DNA from: Opitutales bacterium
Lineage (GTDB): Bacteria > Verrucomicrobiota > Verrucomicrobiia > Opitutales > PNEW01
Reading direction: 5' to 3'
Assembly (NCBI GenBank): GCA_965219535.1
Contig: CBDCNV010000002.1
Location: forward strand, 1,950,001-1,982,000
Length of the DNA stretch: 32,000 bases
Every line of letters begins with the position of its first letter. Within the stretch, counting starts at the first letter, position 1. The notes beneath the pieces were generated by a model. The model saw nothing but the letters and a program-made list of their open reading frames with translations. It was not told the origin of the DNA and searched no databases. A program made the translations under genes and the position numbers. This document shows positions 1 through 8,375 of the stretch, one piece after another.

Positions 1-953
1 TAATGACCAAATATAATAAGAGATATTTCTGAAAAATAAGCATCTACATGCTTATCAAAATAGATGAAATAGAGGAGACCGGCTAAGGCGAGCATGGGCC
101 CAAAAGGAACTTCCCTACCTAAAAGTTCTTCATTTTTATCTTCTTCATTCTCCTCAGATTTTTTTGATACATTTTCAGTATTATCTTCAGGAGCGACACC
201 CTTCTTTTTTATCCCAATAATAATAGCCATGATTTTATAGACAAAAAAGCCAATAGTTCCAATCACTGCTCCACCAAAAACGGCAAAAATGCCTCCTTGC
301 CATCCACAGAACGTCCCAATTGCTCCGAGGAATTTTACATCACCAAAGCCCATAGCCTCGCGTCGCAAAACAATTTCTGCGAGCAAACCTATCCATAAAA
401 CTAATGCCGAACCGATAAACGCACCGACAAGTGCGGTAACTCCAGACTTTAAACTGGCGAGCAAAAAAATACTATCTGGCATAACATGAAGTGAGGGAAT
501 GGCAAACGCGAGTGCAACACCAGCTACCATTCCTCCGATGGAAAAGGAGTCAGGAATTATCATATGTTCAAAGTCAATAAAGGTCGCGCAAATCAGGATT
601 GAGCAAAAGATCATTCCGCATAGTGCCTTACCTGGAGAAAAACTGAGCCAGCAGACAAGGAAGAGTGTCGCGGTCAATACTTCCACCAGTGGATAGCGCA
701 AACTGATTGGTTGTCTCGATATACGGCCTTTACCGCGTAGTAAAATAAAACTGATTATCGGGATGTTATCATACCAGGCTATTGGCTTACCTGAGACAGG
801 ACAGAAACTCCGTGGCCGAACGACTGATTTACCTAAGGGAATACGGTATATACAAACGTTGAGAAAGCTACCGACCATCGAACCAAAGATAAATGAAAAC
901 AAAGGAAAAAACCAGGGAAAGTAAATCTGAATTAAATGAATCTGTTCACGCAT
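1..953 (-). CDS. pilD: Prepilin (type IV pilin/pseudopilin) leader peptidase, A24 family. The 3' end runs off the window edge; the last 2 nt are TA of either a stop or a Tyr codon.
   Basis: A minus-strand frame is open from ATG 953..951 to position 1 (317 codons). It is absent from the ORF track because no stop lies inside the window. My hand translation reads MREQIHLIQIYFPWFFPLFSFIFGSMVGSFLNVCIYRIPLGKSVVRPRSFCPVSGKPIAWYDNIPIISFILLRGKGRISRQPISLRYPLVEVL...IDFEHMIIPD...AMGFGDVKFLGAIG...VPFGPMLALAG. These are the hallmark A24 motifs: the two catalytic Asp boxes, the NIP..S..LLRG cytoplasmic loop and the C-terminal PFGP. I verified the frame codon by codon for positions 1-107. Confidence 0.85.
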   Translation of the reverse strand, partial: MREQIHLIQIYFPWFFPLFSFIFGSMVGSFLNVCIYRIPLGKSVVRPRSFCPVSGKPIAWYDNIPIISFILLRGKGRISRQPISLRYPLVEVLTATLFLVCWLSFSPGKALCGMIFCSILICATFIDFEHMIIPDSFSIGGMVAGVALAFAIPSLHVMPDSIFLLASLKSGVTALVGAFIGSALVLWIGLLAEIVLRREAMGFGDVKFLGAIGTFCGWQGGIFAVFGGAVIGTIGFFVYKIMAIIIGIKKKGVAPEDNTENVSKKSEENEEDKNEELLGREVPFGPMLALAGLLYFIYFDKHVDAYFSEISLIIFGH

Positions 954-954
954 A

Positions 955-2007
955 TTAATTATTTCTAAATTCTTTATCTAAAACATAAAGATACATCACA
1001 GCCATGACATCTTGATCGGAGGAAGTCGTGTTATTATATACACTGAGAAGTTCATACTCATGATCCTTGTAAAGTGGAATTCCCGACTCGCTTGAATAAT
1101 AGTCAACATAATCGATACCAATAGAATTTTTAAACCCCGTCACGGTGCTTTTAAAAACAGATTTATTCGCTGTGAGATCACGGAGTTCCAGGAATTCTGC
1201 GAAAGGGTGGAGGTGGACAGCGATATAATGCAAGGTGGTATCGAAGGGGAGGTTCATCCAGTTAGTCACGAGTGTCTTATTTGATTGTCTTCCCGGTTTT
1301 AAAACCCAGTGACCGGCAAATTCGCGTCCATATTTATCAGTCCTCACTTTACCTGATGCACTGTGGCCAATGAGGCAGCCTTCGCCATGAAGGCTCTTAT
1401 CTGGAATATCCACATTATAGTAACCATTTTCACCATTAATAAGAACTAAGCCATTTGCTGCTTTCATGAAGAGGGGTTTCATCTCTCTCTCAAGTTCGTG
1501 ATCAAAAAGATAATTAATCATTACTTTGTGTCGAACCTGGTATTCCTGATTTTCAAAATTGAGGTTTAAAACTTGGGTAGTAAGAGTGAATATTTCATTT
1601 GAATAAATCGGGACCCCAAAACCATCGGGAAATTTAATTTCAAATTGCCCCTGGGATAGTGTAAACATTCTATGGGCCGCGGTTTTATTCCATTGGAAAA
1701 GCCTTCTATGTTCCTGAATATCCAGATCCAGATTGCTGTGGCACATGAATTCCTGGGGCATGGGTGTTATACCATCAGCACCTACCATGACCGCACGATA
1801 GCCGGTTATCCAGAGAAGTTCAGGAACATCCTTGTCGAGTATTGAAAATGCAGTCGAGCTTTGAGGACCAGTCATTGATTTATAAAGACGGTCGACCTTA
1901 TATACCGGAGACAAAAATTCATATGACCGTGGTGTCACCGCCAAAAGCAAATAAGGGCACAATGCGGAGAGAGTCACAATGTGAAGTAAATATCTTAACT
2001 TTAACAT
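955..2007 (-). CDS. Secreted or membrane-anchored hypothetical protein, possibly a PHM/DBH-like (copper type II ascorbate-dependent monooxygenase) fold
   Basis: 350-aa ORF with a hydrophobic N-terminus (MLKLRYLLHIVTLSALCPYLLLAV). Its stop TAA (957..955) lies 1 nt from the pilD ATG (953), so the two are probably co-transcribed and translationally coupled. From memory of rat PHM, three segments correspond: LHYIAVHLHPFAEF to AYRVHTHHLGKV (CuM HxH), TTSSDQDVMAVMYLYV to TSSDEMCNLYIMYY (CuM Met), and FPDGFGVPI to LPKGVGFRV. No alignment was computed. Confidence 0.8.
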   Translation of the reverse strand: MLKLRYLLHIVTLSALCPYLLLAVTPRSYEFLSPVYKVDRLYKSMTGPQSSTAFSILDKDVPELLWITGYRAVMVGADGITPMPQEFMCHSNLDLDIQEHRRLFQWNKTAAHRMFTLSQGQFEIKFPDGFGVPIYSNEIFTLTTQVLNLNFENQEYQVRHKVMINYLFDHELEREMKPLFMKAANGLVLINGENGYYNVDIPDKSLHGEGCLIGHSASGKVRTDKYGREFAGHWVLKPGRQSNKTLVTNWMNLPFDTTLHYIAVHLHPFAEFLELRDLTANKSVFKSTVTGFKNSIGIDYVDYYSSESGIPLYKDHEYELLSVYNNTTSSDQDVMAVMYLYVLDKEFRNN

Positions 2008-2076
2008 GAAAATATTGTGACTGGAGATTTACCTCCTCGAAGATTTCAGGAATTGTATTTGCCTAATCTCTGTTAA

Positions 2077-2152
<76 letters not shown>

Positions 2153-2189
2153 GAGAATTGCTTTTCTAAGCTTAAAATATTTACAGTAG

Positions 2190-2207
2190 GTAACTCCGGA
2201 GAGTTAC
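2190..2207 (-). terminator. Perfect 7-bp hairpin (GTAACTC-4 nt-GAGTTAC) between the sulfotransferase stop and tRNA-Thr; possible terminator or processing structure
   Basis: The inverted repeat is read directly from the sequence. No convincing U-tract follows it on the minus strand, so a terminator role is uncertain. Confidence 0.25.
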
Positions 2208-2281
2208 AAGTAGGTGTTTGGATTAACTCTTTTTTTGAGCGCGATTAACTAATGGAACTAATATATCTATTGCAAACAAAT

Positions 2282-4444
2282 TTACCCATATAATGCTTTT
2301 CGCAATGGTTCGAGTTGTTTCTCATATTTCTTCCAGAGTTGAACGGAGTCGCTATACATAGGTCGACGGACTTGGGTAGCGCTCGCGGTTGCCACTTTTC
2401 TTTGTGTTTTGTAGAATGAGAGACAGGATTTTTCCCAAGGTAGATTGCAAAAGTTAAGAAGCTTTCTTGTTTGAACTTCCTGATCGGATACTAATTCTTC
2501 GTACCTGATATCATATATAAATTCAGGTATTATATTGCGCCAATAATCCATCAGGTCGAGGTAGAGATTATAATACTGACCAAGTTCGTTCAAATCATAT
2601 GCATATTTATGTTTTCCTGCAAAATCGGTTTTAAAAATGGAATAACAATTATCCATAGGATCTCTAACACAATGAATAATTTTCGACTTAGGTAATATCA
2701 CTTTGATAAGTCCAATCAGTTGAAAATTATATGGCATTTTGTCCGTAATAAATCTCTCAACATCAGAGTGTTTTTTTACATTTTCTATATAGTTTGATCC
2801 TAACGCATATAGTGCTTCTTCACTGAGATCTGACACAGATCCAGGAAATTTACTCCCATTCATCATAGAGCAAATGTTGTTGGCTATTGAAGATAAATCT
2901 TTAAGTTCACCAGCGCCAAATACCTGTGAGTGACTGGCCAGGATCTGTTCCAAGAGTGTGGTTCCTGATCTAGGCATTCCCAAAATGAAAATGGGTGTCT
3001 CGTCTGGATTTCCCGCATGAGAAAATTTAGAGAAAAAGACAGAAGAGAACACTTTTTTTAAATTATTAAAAAGTAAAACATCGTCATTAATTATGTATTT
3101 ATAAGACGTGCGTTTCAATTTGTTCCCTTCTAAAATTAAATCAAATGATTTGTTGTACTCTTTTAAATTTTCAAATACCCTACCCAATCCAAATGCGAAA
3201 TGTATTTTTTTTTCAGGTGATATACCTGCCCGAGAGTAAAAAGCCTCCATTTTTCGTATCGTGTCATCATATTCATTATGTTTCCTCATCTTGGATAAAA
3301 AAAGAAGTGCTTCTACATAGTCTGGGTCGATGGAGATGGCTTTATTGTAACAGGCAACGGCTTCTTCCATTCTACCTAGATCATTGAATACAATACCAAG
3401 TTTGCAGTGAGCTTCTGCTAAATTTGGGTTGATTGAAATGGCTATATTGCAACTTGCAATGGCCTTTTCCAATCGCCCCAGGTCTCTGAGACTACCACTA
3501 AGGTTACAGTAAGCATCTACATAGTCTGACTTAATGGAGATGGCTTTATTATAACTGGCAACGGCTTCTTCCAGTCGATCTAGCTTATTGAATGCGTTGG
3601 CGAGGGTGCAGTGAGCTTCTGCTAAATTTTGGTTGATTGAAATAGCTTTATTGCAACTTGCAATGGCCTCTTCCAATCGCCCCAGGTTTATGAGTGTACG
3701 GCTAAGGTTGCTGTAAGCTACTGCATAGTCTGACTTAATGGAGATGGCTTTATTATAACTGGCAACGGCTTCTTCCAGCTTATCTAAATCATTAAATGTG
3801 TTTCCAAGGTTGCAGTATGCTTCTGCAAATTCTGGATTGATAGTGATGGCTTTACTAAAACTAGTTACAGCTTCTTCCCTTCGATCTGATTTTCTGAGTG
3901 CATCGCCAAGGTTGCTGTGAGCTTGCACAAAATCAGGTTTAATGGAGATCGCTAAATTGTAATTTACAATGGCCTCATCTAGTTGACCTAAATCTCTCAG
4001 CACATTGCCAAGGTTGCAGTAAGCTTCTGCAAATTCTGGATTGATAGCGATGGCTTTATTATAGCTTTTTATTGATTCTTCCAATCGGCCAAGGTCTTTG
4101 AAAGCAATGCCCAGATTATTATGCGCATCTGGAAATTCCGGGTTGATATCAATGGCCTTTTTAAAGCTCGCAATGGCTTCATCCATTCGTCCCAATCCTT
4201 TAAGTGCAATGCCTAAGTTGCTGTAACTAACCGGAATGTGGGGGATGATCTGAATTGCTTTCTTGATAAACCGAACGGCAACATCATATTTCCCCACCTG
4301 AAGCGCAATGACACCGAGAAAATAGTAGGCGTCTGCATTATTGGGGTCAGCAGCAAGTATTTGGCGATAAATCTGTTCGGCCTGTTGGAGTTGCCCAGCT
4401 TGGTGATGCTGTTGTGCCAACTTTATTTGATTATTTGTCTGCAA
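2282..4444 (-). CDS. TPR-repeat sulfotransferase (about 11 TPRs plus a C-terminal TPST/Sulfotransfer_3-like domain), long paralog
   Basis: 720-aa ORF. The N-terminal ~380 aa are 34-aa TPR units (recurring A..Y/F.KAI.I.P.. pattern). The C-terminal domain has a PAPS 5'-phosphosulfate-binding loop ILGMPRSGTTLLEQILASHSQVFGAGEL and a 3'-phosphate motif HCVRDPMDNCYSIF. No signal peptide is visible. Confidence 0.9.
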   Translation of the reverse strand: MQTNNQIKLAQQHHQAGQLQQAEQIYRQILAADPNNADAYYFLGVIALQVGKYDVAVRFIKKAIQIIPHIPVSYSNLGIALKGLGRMDEAIASFKKAIDINPEFPDAHNNLGIAFKDLGRLEESIKSYNKAIAINPEFAEAYCNLGNVLRDLGQLDEAIVNYNLAISIKPDFVQAHSNLGDALRKSDRREEAVTSFSKAITINPEFAEAYCNLGNTFNDLDKLEEAVASYNKAISIKSDYAVAYSNLSRTLINLGRLEEAIASCNKAISINQNLAEAHCTLANAFNKLDRLEEAVASYNKAISIKSDYVDAYCNLSGSLRDLGRLEKAIASCNIAISINPNLAEAHCKLGIVFNDLGRMEEAVACYNKAISIDPDYVEALLFLSKMRKHNEYDDTIRKMEAFYSRAGISPEKKIHFAFGLGRVFENLKEYNKSFDLILEGNKLKRTSYKYIINDDVLLFNNLKKVFSSVFFSKFSHAGNPDETPIFILGMPRSGTTLLEQILASHSQVFGAGELKDLSSIANNICSMMNGSKFPGSVSDLSEEALYALGSNYIENVKKHSDVERFITDKMPYNFQLIGLIKVILPKSKIIHCVRDPMDNCYSIFKTDFAGKHKYAYDLNELGQYYNLYLDLMDYWRNIIPEFIYDIRYEELVSDQEVQTRKLLNFCNLPWEKSCLSFYKTQRKVATASATQVRRPMYSDSVQLWKKYEKQLEPLRKALYG
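3371..3778 (-). repeat. Tandem intragenic duplication, 2 x 204 bp (2 x 68 aa, two TPRs each), inside the long sulfotransferase gene
   Basis: The copies are 3575..3778 (aa 223-290, LEEAVASYNKAISIKSDYAVAYSNLSRTLINLGRLEEAIASCNKAISINQNLAEAHCTLANAFNKLDR) and 3371..3574 (aa 291-358, LEEAVASYNKAISIKSDYVDAYCNLSGSLRDLGRLEKAIASCNIAISINPNLAEAHCKLGIVFNDLGR). A run of about 55 nt is identical in both (catagtctgacttaatggagatggctttattataactggcaacggcttcttccag). Confidence 0.9.
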
Positions 4445-4612
4445 TGATGACTCAATTTTAAAATGTGGGTTTTCCTTAAGTGTATGTGATTGTACGCCTA
4501 TATTTTATAAGGATTTTCTTTAGGTAAAAAAATTATATCGAGTGTATTGTCCGTATAATGACAGTATCTGTGGATAATGGTATAACCTCCAACTGTAGAG
4601 TTCAGGTTCATT

Positions 4613-6163
4613 TTACACAAGTAATGCCTTTTTCAACGGTCCAAGTTGTGACTCAAACTTTTTCCAGAGTTGGATGGAGTCAGTGTAAATTGGGCGTCGA
4701 ACTTGAATGGCGCTTGCAGTTCCTACTCTTCTATCTGTTTTGTGGAATGAGAGACATGATTCCTCCCATGGTAGCTTGCAATAGTTAAGAAGCTTCCTTG
4801 TTTGATTTTCCTGATCGGATACTAATTCTTCATACCTGATATCATATATGAAGTCTGGAATCACTTTTCGCCAGTGATCCATCAAATCGAGGTAAAGGTT
4901 ATAATACAATCCTAGCTCTTTCATGTCATAAGCATATTTCTGATTACCAGCAAAAAAATTTTTAAAAATAGAATAACAATTATCCATCGGATCTCTCATG
5001 CAATGTATGACTTTTGCCTGAGGCAGGATTGTTTTTATGAGGCCAATCATGACAAAATTATTCGGCATTTTGTCTGTAATAAATTTATCGGTAGTAGAGT
5101 GCCTCCTCAAATTTTCTATATATTTTGATCCTAACTCATAAAACGAATCATTATTTAGTTTTGATGCATATTCAGGGAATTTATTATTTGTCTTCTTAGA
5201 GCGGCTGCTTATGGCTATATTAGGCAGATGATTCAACTCCCCGGCGCCAAATACCTGAGAGTGACTAGCAAGAATTTGTTCAACGAGTGTTGTCCCTGAT
5301 CGTGGCATACCTAAAATGAATAAGGGTGTTTCATCTTCATTTCCTGAATTAGAATGTGAAGATAAAAAGGATAGGGAAAAGACTTTTTTTATCTTATCAA
5401 AGAACTTTATATCTTCCTCTATCGTATATTGATAAGACGCTCGCTTCAACCTGTTCCCTTCTGAAATGTAAACAAAAGATTTCTTGTGCTCATTAAGATT
5501 TTCAAAAGCAATACCCAGCCCAAATGCTAAATGCATTTTTTGTTCCACATCAATGTCGGAACGATTGTAGAATGTTTCCATCGCATGTATGGTGTCGTCA
5601 TATTCATGATGTTTAATTGCATGGGATAAATAATGATGCGCTTTGGCGTGGTTAGAATTGGAGGTGATGGCGTTTTTATAACTGGCAATGGCCTCTTTTA
5701 TTAGGCCGACTTCTTTAAATGTCAGACCGAAATTGCAGTGAGCTTCAGCAAAATCCGGCTTAATTGAGATGGCTTTTTTATAACTGGCAATAGCTTTATC
5801 TGTCCGAGACAGGTCTTTAAGTGCTGCACCGAGATTACAATAAATTATTGCTGAATTCGGGTCCAAAGAGATGGCTTTTCTGTAGTTCTCAACCGCTTCT
5901 TCCAATCGCCCCAGACGTTTAAGTGCGTTGCCAAGGTTACTGTAGGTCGCGGGAATATTCGGATTGGCTTGAATTGCTTTATTAATTAACTGAATCGCAA
6001 TATCATTTTCCCCTCTCTGACAAGCTATTATACCAAGATAATGATTGGCGTCGGCATTATCTTCGTCATATGATAAAATATGACGGTACATCTGCTCAGC
6101 CTGTTGTAGGCGGCCAGCCTTATGATGTTGTAATGCTAACTGAATAGGAGTAACCGTTTGCAT
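4613..6163 (-). CDS. TPR-repeat sulfotransferase (about 5 TPRs plus a TPST/Sulfotransfer_3-like domain), short paralog
   Basis: 516-aa ORF with the same architecture as 2282..4444. Motifs are ILGMPRSGTTLVEQILASHSQVFGAGEL and HCMRDPMDNCYSIF. The C-terminal domains of the two paralogs are highly similar at both protein and DNA level. Confidence 0.9.
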   Translation of the reverse strand: MQTVTPIQLALQHHKAGRLQQAEQMYRHILSYDEDNADANHYLGIIACQRGENDIAIQLINKAIQANPNIPATYSNLGNALKRLGRLEEAVENYRKAISLDPNSAIIYCNLGAALKDLSRTDKAIASYKKAISIKPDFAEAHCNFGLTFKEVGLIKEAIASYKNAITSNSNHAKAHHYLSHAIKHHEYDDTIHAMETFYNRSDIDVEQKMHLAFGLGIAFENLNEHKKSFVYISEGNRLKRASYQYTIEEDIKFFDKIKKVFSLSFLSSHSNSGNEDETPLFILGMPRSGTTLVEQILASHSQVFGAGELNHLPNIAISSRSKKTNNKFPEYASKLNNDSFYELGSKYIENLRRHSTTDKFITDKMPNNFVMIGLIKTILPQAKVIHCMRDPMDNCYSIFKNFFAGNQKYAYDMKELGLYYNLYLDLMDHWRKVIPDFIYDIRYEELVSDQENQTRKLLNYCKLPWEESCLSFHKTDRRVGTASAIQVRRPIYTDSIQLWKKFESQLGPLKKALLV

Positions 6164-6512
6164 AATGGGTTGTGCCCCGATTCAAGATTTAGGGTAGACT
6201 GGGGTTAAGTATTCAAGAATCGGCATTCAATCATATTCCCCTCTATAGCATGATATAATAATGTCCTAAAATTTAAAAAATTAGTTAATTATTGTATATC
6301 TGTTGAACATCTAATCACCTTAACAGTTAAATCAGGGTAGTAAATAAATTACAGAAACAAAATAATGCTACCGGGTTATGGCTTGAGTTGCTTTTCCTTT
6401 GCGGACTATTGATTACAATTCAAGGAGCGATTTTCTATAGCAAACCAATTTTTATTAAGATAGAGGCCAACATCGATCGACATTAAATAATCATTTATGT
6501 GATCAGTACATT

Positions 6513-6543
6513 AAAAACCGCCCCTAAAAAGAGGCGGTTTTTT
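6513..6543 (-). terminator. Rho-independent terminator downstream of the prepilin-type gene, bidirectional in form
   Basis: AAAAACCGCCCCTAAAAAGAGGCGGTTTTTT has a CCGCC/GGCGG core stem flanked by an A-run and a T-run. On the minus strand the hairpin is followed by TTTTT, 28 nt after the stop at 6571. Confidence 0.7.
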
Positions 6544-6570
6544 AATTTAAATAATTGAAATCAATCTAAC

Positions 6571-6930
6571 CTATTGGTCGAAAACAACGAATGTCCCATC
6601 GGCTTTCGAAACTGAAAGAGAGGTAAAGCCTTGAGTAACCGGAAATAAGGTCGTGTAAGCTTCTCCCGCTACTGGTAACGGCATGCTTTTCATATATGAG
6701 TCAGATCCGATAAGATCAGATGTCGCAGCTTGAGTCAGGCCTTCTTTAATGAAGTACTGGTCTGAAGCAGAAGCTATCTGACGCAAGTTATTAGTGATAG
6801 TTTTTGATTGAGAAGTTTCCCTGACTTTATTGAAAGCTGGAATTGCCATAGCAGCCAACAAACCAATGATAACAACGACAATCATAATCTCAACCAGGGT
6901 AAACCCTTTGTTTACAGTTGTATAATTCAT
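6571..6930 (-). CDS. Prepilin-type N-terminal cleavage/methylation domain protein (small pilin or pseudopilin-like)
   Basis: 119-aa ORF. The leader is MNYTTVNKG, followed by FTLVEIMIVVVIIGLLAAMAIP, which gives the canonical G/F cleavage site, Glu at +5 and a hydrophobic helix. Confidence 0.85.
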   Translation of the reverse strand: MNYTTVNKGFTLVEIMIVVVIIGLLAAMAIPAFNKVRETSQSKTITNNLRQIASASDQYFIKEGLTQAATSDLIGSDSYMKSMPLPVAGEAYTTLFPVTQGFTSLSVSKADGTFVVFDQ

Positions 6931-7120
6931 AATATTCTCCGTATTTTAATTTATATAATAAAAGCAAGTAAGTAAGTGTAGAAAAGCAGTCTAAGGGTTG
7001 ATTTTATAAATTGCGAATCAAATATCATTATTAATACTAATTTATCGTCTTCAGCAGAATTTTTACAAAACGTTATCTATTCTGTAAAAAAATCACCGAA
7101 TATATTGTATTATCTGCTCC

Positions 7121-7816
7121 ATGAAAACCGAAACGTCACCTATGGAATTAGAGAGCAGAATAGAAGAAATTGATTGGTTTCATAGCATCGATCTGGGGAA
7201 TGGAGTCATCACGCCGGGTAAGGACGATTCACAATATAAACTGTCGCGATTGGCATTACCTGAAAGATTTGATGGTAAATCGGTCCTTGATATCGGAGCG
7301 TGGGATGGATTTTTTTCGTTTGAGGCCGAAAGAAGAGGGGCAATACAAGTACTGGCGGTCGACTCCTATAGTTGGAGTGGCAAAGGATGGGGGACGAAAT
7401 CTGGATTTGAGTTGGCCCGGAGTACATTGAAATCGAATGTCAAAGACAGGGAAATTGAAGTTTACGATCTTTCGCCCGAGAAAATCGGTGTTTTTGACAT
7501 AGTTTTTTTTCTTGGCGTCTTCTACCATTTAAGAAATCCGCTTCGCGCATTGGAATCCGTTTCGAGTGTAACGAAAGAGATGCTGATCCTAGAGACTTTT
7601 GTCGATGAACTTAAGAATAGTCGTCCCGCTATGGCTTATTATCCGGGAACAGATGACAATCCAGACCCAACGAGTTGGTGGGGGCCAAATGTAAAATGTG
7701 TTGAAGCGATGTTAAAAACAGTTGGGTTCAAAAAAACACAAGTTGTGTCTTTAAAAAAACACCGTGGATTTCCTTCACCAAACACGGGCCGAGTTGTCAT
7801 CCATGGGTGGAAATAA
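7121..7816 (+). CDS. Class I SAM-dependent methyltransferase
   Basis: 231-aa ORF. Motif I is KSVLDIGAWDGFFSFEAERRGA, the post-I acidic residue is in VLAVDS, and a motif II-like stretch is FDIVFFLGVFYHLRNP. The N-terminal WFHSIDLGNGVITPG element resembles the CmoB/DUF1698-type methyltransferase families. Confidence 0.8.
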   Translation: MKTETSPMELESRIEEIDWFHSIDLGNGVITPGKDDSQYKLSRLALPERFDGKSVLDIGAWDGFFSFEAERRGAIQVLAVDSYSWSGKGWGTKSGFELARSTLKSNVKDREIEVYDLSPEKIGVFDIVFFLGVFYHLRNPLRALESVSSVTKEMLILETFVDELKNSRPAMAYYPGTDDNPDPTSWWGPNVKCVEAMLKTVGFKKTQVVSLKKHRGFPSPNTGRVVIHGWK

Positions 7817-7898
7817 TAGGATCAGCGCGCAATCGGTGATTAAAGTTTAAAGGCAATTACCAATAATATTTTCGAGAACCTAATCCTATTCTAATTAA

Positions 7899-8375
7899 AT
7901 GAAACGTAAGAAACTGATTGAAATTAATGAGGAGGAACGAAATTCTCCCAACAAAAAATATCACTTATTCAGAAAGCACATTTCGGAAGCGTTAGGTGGT
8001 TTAACAAATAAGGGCACCTGGGGTGGAGGTCATCCTTTTGATGTCGAATTAGTGCGCATGCCGCCGAAGACGATAAATTTTCCCTATCATGCGCATGCTG
8101 CACAGTGGGAGTTTTATATTATCATTTCAGGCAGCGGGACTATAAGATCTGACGCAGGTGAAGAGACAATAGAAGCGGGTGATAATATAGTATTTCCACC
8201 AGGCGAAGCCCATCAAATTACCAATGCAGGTGGAACGGATCTGGTCTATTATGTTATCGCCGATAATCCCCAGGCGGATGTAACCAATTATCCTGACACC
8301 AACAAATGGGCGGTAAAACCGGCGATGAAATGTTTCAGGATGAATGAAACCGAATATTACGAAGAGGAAGATTGA
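7899..8375 (+). CDS. Cupin domain protein
   Basis: 158-aa ORF with cupin motifs FPYHAHAAQWEFYIIISGSG and GDNIVFPPGEAHQITN. Confidence 0.75.
   Translation: MKRKKLIEINEEERNSPNKKYHLFRKHISEALGGLTNKGTWGGGHPFDVELVRMPPKTINFPYHAHAAQWEFYIIISGSGTIRSDAGEETIEAGDNIVFPPGEAHQITNAGGTDLVYYVIADNPQADVTNYPDTNKWAVKPAMKCFRMNETEYYEEED

Noticed and set aside
289-696. Two plus-strand ORFs (289..489 and 499..696) from the ORF track
   Set aside because: They lie antisense inside the strongly supported pilD frame. Their products are low-complexity and Pro/Ser/Thr/Ala-rich, as expected of shadow ORFs opposite a membrane-protein gene.
3145-4788. Plus-strand ORFs 3145..3387, 4238..4447 and 4558..4788
   Set aside because: They are antisense to the TPR-sulfotransferase genes or straddle their ends. 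They carry no recognisable motifs and are shadow ORFs.
6164-6570. A search for a small RaxX-like precursor peptide gene in the 407-bp spacer upstream of the short sulfotransferase
   Set aside because: I walked every ATG on both strands. The longest reading frames are about 10-15 codons, and none has an RBS or an acidic-Tyr motif. The spacer most likely holds only the promoter region and the pilin terminator.
7170-7528. Overlapping ORFs 7170..7430 (+), 7209..7427 (-) and 7256..7528 (-)
   Set aside because: All lie nested within the methyltransferase gene, whose own frame carries clear SAM-binding motifs. The alternatives have no features.
7815-7890. Perfect 8-bp inverted repeat AATAGGAT ... 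ATCCTATT bracketing the methyltransferase-cupin spacer
   Set aside because: An 8-bp AT-rich match with arms about 60 nt apart is within chance expectation. No other support exists.
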